DNA from: Myxococcales bacterium
GTDB taxonomy: Bacteria > Myxococcota > Myxococcia > Myxococcales > Anaeromyxobacteraceae
Reading direction: 5' to 3'
NCBI GenBank assembly: GCA_038320275.1
Contig: JBBQEB010000108.1
Coordinates: forward strand, 1 to 13,298
DNA: 13,298 nt
Position 1 is the stretch's first letter. The number at the start of each line of letters is the position of its first letter. Below, piece by piece: positions 6,805 to 13,298 of this stretch. Below the pieces are notes generated by a model. It did not search any database, was not told where the DNA came from, and worked only from the letters and a program-made list of their open reading frames with translations. The position numbers were made by a program, and so were the translations under genes.

Positions 6805-9357
6805 TCAGGCCGCGCCGAGCCGCTCCGGCCGGTAGTCCTCCAGCTCGTCGAACTGGAGGTAGCGGTACACCTGGCCGGCCCGCGGGGCGATGCGCTCCCG
6901 GTACGCCTCCAGGTACTCGGCCGGCGTGGGCAGCCGGCCCAGGAGCGCCGTCACCGCGCCCAGCTCGGCCGAGCCGAGGAAGACCTTCGCGCCCGTTCCC
7001 ATGCGGTCATCGAAGTTGCGGGTGGAGGTGGAGAACACGGTCACCGCGTCCGGCACCCGGGCCTGGTTGCCCATGCAGAGGGAGCAGCCGGCGAGCTCGA
7101 TGCGGGCCCCCATGGCGCTGTAGACGGAGAAGTAGGCCTCCTCCCTCAGCTCCTCCTGGTCCATGCGCGTCGGCGGGCAGAGCCACGTCCGCACCGCGCC
7201 GTTCCCCGCCTTCCCCCTCCACAGCTCGCCCGCAGCGCGGAAGTGGCCGATGTTGGTCATGCAGGAGCCGAGGAAGACGTCGTCGATGCGGGTGTTGGCG
7301 ACCGCCGAGAGCGGCCGCACGTCGTCGGGGTCGTTGGGGCAGGCCAGGATCGGCTCCTCGATGGCGTCGAGATCCACCTCCACCACCGCCGCGTACTCTG
7401 CGTTCCGGTCCGCCCGCAGGAGCTCCGGCTTCGCGAGCCAGCGCTCCACATCCTCGATGCGGCGCTCCAGGGTCTTGGGGTCTCCGTACCCGTCCGCGAT
7501 CATCTTCCGCATGAGGGCCGCGTTCGAGCGCAGGTAGGCGGCGACGCTCTCGACCGACAGGTCCACGCAGGCTGCCGCCGCGGAGCGCTCCGCCGCCGCG
7601 TCGGTGAGCTCGAAGGCCTGCTCCACCGTGAGATCCGGCAGACCTTCCATCTCCAGGATCCGGCCGTTGAAGACGTTCACCTTGTTCTTCTTGGGCACGG
7701 TGAGGAGGCCGAGCGCGATGGCGCGGAGCGGGATCGCGTTCACCACGTCGCGCAAGGTGATGCCCTGCCGCAGCGCGCCCTTGAACCGCACCAGCACGCT
7801 CTCCGGCATGTCGAGCGGCATGAAGCCCGCCGCCGCGGCGAAGGCCACCAGCCCCGATCCGGCCGGAAAGGAGATGCCGATGGGGAAGCGCGTGTGGCTG
7901 TCTCCGCCCGTGCCGACGGTGTCCGGCAGGAGCAGGCGGTTGAGCCAGGAGTGGATGACGCCGTCCCCGGGGCGGAGCGACACGCCCCCGCGGTCCTGCA
8001 CGAACACCGGCAAGGTCCGGTGCATCTGCACGTCCGCGGCCTTGGGATAGGCCGCGGTGTGGCAGAACGACTGCATCACCAGAGGCGCCTGGAAACGCAG
8101 GCAGGCGAGCTCCTTCAGCTCGTCGGCGGTCATGGGGCCGGTGGTGTCCTGGGACCCGACGGTGGTCATGCGCGGCTCGCAGGCGGTGCCCGGGAGGACG
8201 CCCTCGACGCCGCAGGCGCGCCCCACCATCTTCTGCGCCAGGCTGTAGCCCTGCCCCGGCTTCGCCACCGGATTCACGGGGCGGACGAACAGTTCGGTGG
8301 GCGCGAGCCCCAGCGCCGTCCGGGCGCGCTCGGTGAGCGCGCGGCCGATGAAGAGCGGGATGCGGCCGCCGGCCCGCACCTCGTCGCGGAGCGTGTCCGG
8401 CGCGAGGGTGAACCGCGAGAGCACGTCGCCGGACTCCGCGCGCAGCTCTCCTCGCGCCGTGTCGATGGTCACGAGGTCGCCGGTGCGGAGCTTCGTCACG
8501 TCGACCTTGAGCGGGAGCGCGCCCGAGTCCTGGGCGGTGTTGAAGAAGATGGGCGCGATCACCCCGCCCAGGATGACGCCGCCGCGGCGCTTGTTGGGCA
8601 CGCGCGGGATGTCCTCGCCGATGTGCCACAGCACGCTGTTGATGGCGCTCTTGCGCGACGAGCCGGTCCCGACGACGTCGCCCGCGAAGGCGACCGCGTG
8701 CCCCTCGGCGCGGAAGCCGGCGATGGTGGCCTGTCCGGTCGGGAAGCGGGTGCGGCCCATGGCGAGCGCGTGCAGCGGGATGTCCGGGCGGGTGGAAGCG
8801 TCTCCTGCGGGAGAGAGGTCGTCGGTGTTGATCTCGCCGTCCACCTTGAAGACCTTCACGGTCAGCGTGTCCGGAAAGCCTGGCCTGCGGGTGAACCACT
8901 CGCCGTCCGCCCAGGAGCGCACCACCCGCTGCGCCGCGGGGCTGGTGCGGGAGAGGGCGAAGATCTCGTCGAAGGAATCGTACACCTGCGTCGTGAGCGA
9001 GAGCGCCAGCGCGGCCTCGCCGGCGAGGTCGGGCGTCTGGAGCGCCTCCACCAGCGGCCCCACGTTGTAGCCGCCCATCATCGTGCCGAGGATGCGCACC
9101 GCGTCCCGGCGGCTCACCAGCGGCGAGGTCCGCGCCCCGCGCATCACCTCCCCGAGCCAGCGGGCCTTCACCCCGGCGGCGGCGTCGACGCCCGGCGCCA
9201 CCCGGTCCTCCAGCAGATGGAGCAAGAGCCCCTCCCGGCCGGCGGGCGGGGCCTCCAGGAGCGCGCACAGCGCGCCCACCGCCGCGGGGTCGAGCGGCCG
9301 CGGAGGAATGCCCTGCGCCTTGCGCTCCGCCTCGTGCTGCAGGTACGCGTCGATCAT
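6805..9357 (-). CDS. acnB: Aconitate hydratase B (aconitase 2 / 2-methylisocitrate dehydratase), 850 aa
   Basis: N-terminal HEAT-like region (ERKAQGIPPRPLD, LGTMMGGYNV), NTDDLSPA, DVVGTGSSRKSA, GSQDTTGPMT, QSFCHTAAYPK, GGDSHTRFPIGISF, and [4Fe-4S] ligands in GSCMTN and GCSLCMGNQARV. SD GGGAGG upstream of ATG 9357. Confidence 0.97.
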   Translation of the reverse strand: MIDAYLQHEAERKAQGIPPRPLDPAAVGALCALLEAPPAGREGLLLHLLEDRVAPGVDAAAGVKARWLGEVMRGARTSPLVSRRDAVRILGTMMGGYNVGPLVEALQTPDLAGEAALALSLTTQVYDSFDEIFALSRTSPAAQRVVRSWADGEWFTRRPGFPDTLTVKVFKVDGEINTDDLSPAGDASTRPDIPLHALAMGRTRFPTGQATIAGFRAEGHAVAFAGDVVGTGSSRKSAINSVLWHIGEDIPRVPNKRRGGVILGGVIAPIFFNTAQDSGALPLKVDVTKLRTGDLVTIDTARGELRAESGDVLSRFTLAPDTLRDEVRAGGRIPLFIGRALTERARTALGLAPTELFVRPVNPVAKPGQGYSLAQKMVGRACGVEGVLPGTACEPRMTTVGSQDTTGPMTADELKELACLRFQAPLVMQSFCHTAAYPKAADVQMHRTLPVFVQDRGGVSLRPGDGVIHSWLNRLLLPDTVGTGGDSHTRFPIGISFPAGSGLVAFAAAAGFMPLDMPESVLVRFKGALRQGITLRDVVNAIPLRAIALGLLTVPKKNKVNVFNGRILEMEGLPDLTVEQAFELTDAAAERSAAAACVDLSVESVAAYLRSNAALMRKMIADGYGDPKTLERRIEDVERWLAKPELLRADRNAEYAAVVEVDLDAIEEPILACPNDPDDVRPLSAVANTRIDDVFLGSCMTNIGHFRAAGELWRGKAGNGAVRTWLCPPTRMDQEELREEAYFSVYSAMGARIELAGCSLCMGNQARVPDAVTVFSTSTRNFDDRMGTGAKVFLGSAELGAVTALLGRLPTPAEYLEAYRERIAPRAGQVYRYLQFDELEDYRPERLGAA

Positions 9358-9496
9358 GTGGACCTCCCGGGAGAGGGGGATCTCCTACACGATCGATGCG
9401 GGGAAGTCAGCCGCGCGCCGGGGCGTATCGCTGAGCCATGCGGTGGCCAGAGTCTCCTGTTGACCGGGGCGCTGCCCTGGGCTCCCCTGTACGCCC

Positions 9497-10468
9497 ATGA
9501 CCGCCTTCGTCACCGGAGCCAACGGCTTCCTGGGCCGGCACCTCGTGCGCGAGCTCCTCGCGCGGGGCGAGCAGGTGCGGGCGCTGGTGCGCGAGGGCGG
9601 CGACGCGACCAGCGTCGACCCGGCGGCCGAGGTGGTGCGCGGCGACGCTACCGACCCCGTCGCGATGCGCCGCGGGGTGGAGGGCTGCGAGCTCGTGTTC
9701 CACCTCGCCGGCGTGCGGCGCGCCGCCGAGCGCGACGGCTTCATGCGCGTGAACGCCGGCTCCACGCGCCTCCTCCTCGATGCGTGCCTCGCCGCGGGCG
9801 CCGGCAACCGGCGCTTCGTGCTCGCCGGCTCGCTGGCGGCGATCGGGCCGTCGCGGGAGGGCAAGCGCGAGGGCGATCCGTTCCAGCCGGCCGAGTGGTA
9901 CGGAGAGTCAAAAGCGGAAGCGGAGCGCATCGCGCTCTCCTACGCGGGGCGGCTGCCGGTCGCAGTCGCCCGCCCGCCTCGCATCCTGGGGCCCGGCGAC
10001 CGGGAGAACCTCTTCTTCTTCCGGATCGTCGCGCGGGGCTTCCTGCTGCGGATCCTGGGACCGGAGCGTCCGCTCTCCTGGATCGACGTGGCCGACTGCG
10101 CGCGCGGGCTCGTCCTCTTGGGCGAGCGGCCCGAGGCGCGCGGGGAGGTGTTCTTCCTCGCGTCGAAGGAGCGCACCAGCATCACCGGCCTGCAGAGGGA
10201 GGTCGCGCGCGCGCTCGGAGTCCGGGCGCGCTCGGTCCCGGTCGCGCCGATCGCGCTGCGTGCGCTCGCCTGGGCCGCGGATGGGGTCACGCGCGCCACC
10301 GAGCGCCGGCTCCCTCTCAACCGCAAGCTGGCGCGCCAGGTGCTCGCGGAGGGCTGGACCTGCAGCACGGACAAGGCGGAGGAGCGGCTCGGGTTCCTGG
10401 CGGGGACGACGCTCGCCGAATCGGTGGAGCGCTCGGCGCGCTTCTACCGCGAACAGGGCTGGCTCTGA
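9497..10468 (+). CDS. NAD-dependent epimerase/dehydratase (extended SDR, dihydroflavonol-reductase-like)
   Basis: VTGANGFLG Rossmann motif, VFHLAG, catalytic YGESK (YxxxK), RPPRILGPGD, IDVADCARG. Divergent from acnB. Confidence 0.9.
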   Translation: MTAFVTGANGFLGRHLVRELLARGEQVRALVREGGDATSVDPAAEVVRGDATDPVAMRRGVEGCELVFHLAGVRRAAERDGFMRVNAGSTRLLLDACLAAGAGNRRFVLAGSLAAIGPSREGKREGDPFQPAEWYGESKAEAERIALSYAGRLPVAVARPPRILGPGDRENLFFFRIVARGFLLRILGPERPLSWIDVADCARGLVLLGERPEARGEVFFLASKERTSITGLQREVARALGVRARSVPVAPIALRALAWAADGVTRATERRLPLNRKLARQVLAEGWTCSTDKAEERLGFLAGTTLAESVERSARFYREQGWL

Positions 10469-10527
10469 CGCGGGAGGATGCGGGTGACGCAGCGCCCCGT
10501 GAGCCCGCGCCCGGGGTGCGGTGTCCT

Positions 10528-10557
10528 TTGACAACACCGCGCGCGCTCGCATAGACA
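10528..10557 (+). promoter_or_regulatory. Candidate sigma70 promoter for the HAD-LarA-FAR genes
   Basis: Consensus TTGACA (10528-10533), 18-nt spacer, TAGACA (10552-10557), then 10 nt to ATG 10568 with no Shine-Dalgarno. Confidence 0.5.
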
Positions 10558-10567
10558 CCCCTTCCCC

Positions 10568-11245
10568 ATGGCAGCAACCCGAGCCGCGTTCTTCGACGTG
10601 GATGGCACCCTCGTGCGGACGAACATCGTCCACGCCTTCGCGTTCTACGCCCTCAACCAGGGGACCATCTTCGGGACGGCCTGGCGCACCGCTCGTACCG
10701 TGGCGGGCGTGCCGCTGTTCTGGGCGCTCGACAAGGCGAACCGGAAGGTCTTCAACGAGGTCTTCTATCTCTCCTACAAGGGCATGTCGGAGGACCGGCT
10801 GGTCATCCTGGCGAAGGAGCTCTTCGCAGAGGTGCTGAAGCCCGCCATCCATCCCGGCACTCCCCGCCTCCTCGACGAGGCGCGCCGCGCTGGCTGCCGG
10901 ATCGTCCTGGTGACGGGAGCGCTCGATTTCACCGTTCGTGAACTGGCGGAGCACCTCGGCGCCGACGGCCTCATCGCCAACCGGATGCACTTCGTGGAGG
11001 GCATCGCCACCGGGCGGGTCATCCCTCCCATCGTGGAGGGCGCGCACAAGGCCCAGGCCATCCGGGAGTACTGCGCGCGAGAGGGGCTCCCGCTCGACCG
11101 GAGCCACGCCTACTCCGACAGCTTCTCGGACTATCCCATGCTGGCCGTGGTGGGACACCCGGCCGCGGTCAACCCCGACCTGCGGCTGCGCAACGTCGCC
11201 CGCGCCTATGAATGGCCCATCCTCCACACGAGCGAGGGCCGGTAA
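10568..11245 (+). CDS. HAD-superfamily subfamily IB hydrolase (phosphoserine phosphatase-like; ElbB-like by context)
   Basis: Motif I FFDVDGTL, motif II LVTGA, motif III Lys (GAHKA), motif IV AYSDSFSDYPML, AVNPD. Confidence 0.9.
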   Translation: MAATRAAFFDVDGTLVRTNIVHAFAFYALNQGTIFGTAWRTARTVAGVPLFWALDKANRKVFNEVFYLSYKGMSEDRLVILAKELFAEVLKPAIHPGTPRLLDEARRAGCRIVLVTGALDFTVRELAEHLGADGLIANRMHFVEGIATGRVIPPIVEGAHKAQAIREYCAREGLPLDRSHAYSDSFSDYPMLAVVGHPAAVNPDLRLRNVARAYEWPILHTSEGR

Positions 11246-11248
11246 GGA

Positions 11249-12862
11249 ATGCGACCCGTGTCCCGACTGTCGCGCCTGCACGACCAGCTCGAGCCCATCG
11301 TCACCATCGACAAGGACTCCGCGCCACGGGTGATGTTCTCGGGCGAGGACCTCCTGCTGGAGGACCTGCCCATCGGGACGAAGGTCATCTATCCCAAGCC
11401 GCCCATCGCCGGGCTGCCCAATCCCAAGGCGGCCATCCGCTGGGCCCTGAATCACCCGGAGGGCTGCGACCCGCTCCACGCCCAGCTCCGGCCCGGCATG
11501 AAGGTGACCATCGCCCTCGACGACATCTCGCTTCCGCTGCCGCCCATGCGGACGCCCGACGTCCGCCAGCAGGTCCTCGAGGTGCTGCTGGAGCTCCTGG
11601 CCGACTCGGGTGTGGACGACGTCCACCTCGTCATCGCCATCTGCCTGCACCGCCGCATGACCGAGGGCGAGATGCGGCGCATGGTGGGCGATCGGATCTT
11701 CGACGCCTGGTACCCCGACCGCTACTACCACCACGACGCCGAGGACCCGGACGGCCTCGTGACGCTGGGCACGACGCAGCACGGCGAGAAGGTGGTGGTG
11801 AACCGGCGCGCGGCCGAGTCCGACCTCCTCATCTACGTGAACGTCAACTACGTCCCCATGGACGGCGGCCACAAATCGGTGGCCACCGGCCTCACGAACT
11901 ACGAGGGCGTAAAGGCGCACCACACGCCGGAGCACATCCGCAAGAGCGACTCGTACATGGACCCGGAGCGCTCGGAGCTGCACCGCTCGGTGGACCGCGT
12001 GGGCCGCGTCATCGACGAGCACCTGGACGTCTTCCACATCGAGACGACCCTCAACAACCGCATGTTCGAGGGCCCGCTCGAGTTCCTCGGCCGCCGCGAG
12101 GAGAGCTGGAGCGACCTCGACCGGCTGAAGCTCACCGGCATGCGGGCGGCGCTCTCGCACCTGCCGCGGGCCGCGAAGCGCAAGATGTTCCACGCCATGC
12201 CGGCGGCCTACGAGGTCATCGCCGTCCACGCAGGCAAGACCGAGCCCACGCACGCCAAGATCCTCGCCAAGAGCTGGGAGCAGTATGCCGTCGACATCGA
12301 CTTCCAGGCCGACATCGGGATCATGGGGATCCCCTATGTGTCGCCCTACAACGTCAACTCGATCCTGAACCCGCTCCTGGTCCAGGTGATGGCCTGCGGC
12401 TACTTCTTCAACTTCTACCGGGGCAAGCCGCTCATCCGGAAGGGCGGCACGCTCATCATCACCCACCCCTGCTCCGACGCCTTCGATCCCGACCAGCACC
12501 CGAGCTACATCGAGTTCTTCCACCGGCTCCTGCCCGAGACGCGCGACGCGAAGGTGCTGGAGGCGAAGTACGAGCGCGAGTTCGCGGAGAACCCCAGCTA
12601 CGTGCACATGTACCGGACGGGGAACGCCTACCACGGCGCTCACCCGTTCTTCATGTGGTACTGGGGTGAGAACGGGCGCCAGCACCTCGGGCGCATCATC
12701 GCCGTGGGCGCGGACAACGAGCATGTCCCGCGCATGATGGGCTGGGAGAGCGCCGAGCGGCTCTCCGACGCCATCGACATGGCCCGCGCCGATCACGGCC
12801 GGAGCGCGCAGATCGCGATGCTCCACCACCCGCCCATCGTGATGACGCAGAATCTGGGATGA
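11249..12862 (+). CDS. Lactate racemase (LarA/DUF2088)-domain protein (ElbC-like by context), 537 aa
   Basis: LarA-like N-terminal pattern: [11 protein letters not shown]...[54 protein letters not shown]-terminal RKGGTLII. Begins 3 nt after the HAD stop. Confidence 0.8.
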   Translation: MRPVSRLSRLHDQLEPIVTIDKDSAPRVMFSGEDLLLEDLPIGTKVIYPKPPIAGLPNPKAAIRWALNHPEGCDPLHAQLRPGMKVTIALDDISLPLPPMRTPDVRQQVLEVLLELLADSGVDDVHLVIAICLHRRMTEGEMRRMVGDRIFDAWYPDRYYHHDAEDPDGLVTLGTTQHGEKVVVNRRAAESDLLIYVNVNYVPMDGGHKSVATGLTNYEGVKAHHTPEHIRKSDSYMDPERSELHRSVDRVGRVIDEHLDVFHIETTLNNRMFEGPLEFLGRREESWSDLDRLKLTGMRAALSHLPRAAKRKMFHAMPAAYEVIAVHAGKTEPTHAKILAKSWEQYAVDIDFQADIGIMGIPYVSPYNVNSILNPLLVQVMACGYFFNFYRGKPLIRKGGTLIITHPCSDAFDPDQHPSYIEFFHRLLPETRDAKVLEAKYEREFAENPSYVHMYRTGNAYHGAHPFFMWYWGENGRQHLGRIIAVGADNEHVPRMMGWESAERLSDAIDMARADHGRSAQIAMLHHPPIVMTQNLG

Positions 12863-13298
12863 GCGGGGGCGGCGCGAAGAACGGCCTCTCCGGGCGCCCG
12901 TCGGCGCTGGGGTCCCCGGTCGCCGTGCCGGCGCCGCCGCGCGGCCCGCTCGACGTGACCGCGGCGCTGCGCGGCCGCAGCATCCTCTTCACCGGGGCGA
13001 CCGGCTTCGTGGGCAAGGTCACCTTGTCCATGCTGCTGCACCATTACCCTGAGGTGGGGAAGGTGTACGTGCTGGTGCGAGCCGGCACCGGCGGCTCCCC
13101 CGACGCGCGCTTCTTCGGCAAGGTGGCGCAGGGGCGTCCCTTCGACCCGCTGCGCGCACGCCACGGCGCGGGCTTCGGGGCCTTCCTCCGTGAGAAGTGT
13201 GTGGCGGTGGGCGGCGACGTGTCCGACCCGCTCTTTGGCCTCGCGAAGGAGGACCTGGAGCGGCTCGGGAAGCTCGACCTCGTCCTCAACTGCGCCGG
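12859..13298 (+). CDS. Fatty acyl-CoA reductase (FAR)-domain protein, N-terminal fragment; probable ElbD-like multidomain lipid enzyme
   Basis: Not in the ORF track; translated by hand from ATG 12859, which overlaps the upstream stop (ATGA). MSGGGAKNG...[46 protein letters not shown]...[17 protein letters not shown]...LDLVLNCA is an open frame to the window end and matches the FAR-type Rossmann N-terminus (TGATGFxGK, YVLVR, GDV, NCA). Confidence 0.85.
   Translation, partial: MSGGGAKNGLSGRPSALGSPVAVPAPPRGPLDVTAALRGRSILFTGATGFVGKVTLSMLLHHYPEVGKVYVLVRAGTGGSPDARFFGKVAQGRPFDPLRARHGAGFGAFLREKCVAVGGDVSDPLFGLAKEDLERLGKLDLVLNCA

Noticed and set aside
9382..9410. Candidate acnB promoter CTGACT-N17-TAGGAG (minus strand)
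   Set aside because: Spacing is right but both hexamers are weak; insufficient support to list as a feature.
10478..10531. Small ORF MRVTQRPVSPRPGCGVL after GGGAGG in the SDR-HAD gap
   Set aside because: The SD abuts the ATG with no spacer, the peptide has no leader-peptide features, and such short ORFs are common by chance in GC-rich DNA.
6307..10554. 1415-aa plus-strand ORF
   Set aside because: Lies antisense to acnB and out of frame over the SDR gene, is Arg/Gly/Ala/His-rich and has no recognisable motifs. This is the typical shadow ORF of high-GC codon bias.
9908..12829. 973-aa minus-strand ORF
   Set aside because: Antisense shadow of the SDR, HAD and LarA-like genes, which carry clear family motifs on the plus strand.

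Overview
GC-rich bacterial window whose gene content suggests Myxococcota (Anaeromyxobacter-like; inferred, not demonstrated). The left two-thirds carry a minus-strand central-carbon cluster: acnB, a divergent Nudix hydrolase, pdhA, pdhB and pdhC (truncated at the left edge). A plus-strand decaheme OmcA/MtrC-type surface cytochrome gene, with no MtrAB-type partner in the window, sits between pdhA and pdhB and splits the normally contiguous PDH operon. The right third is a plus-strand cluster: extended SDR/epimerase, HAD-IB hydrolase, LarA (lactate racemase)-domain protein, and the N-terminus of a fatty acyl-CoA reductase-domain protein. It resembles the myxobacterial elb ether-lipid locus. Two real genes (pdhC and the FAR-domain gene) are absent from the ORF track because they run off the window ends. 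I saw no RNA genes, CRISPR arrays or mobile elements.
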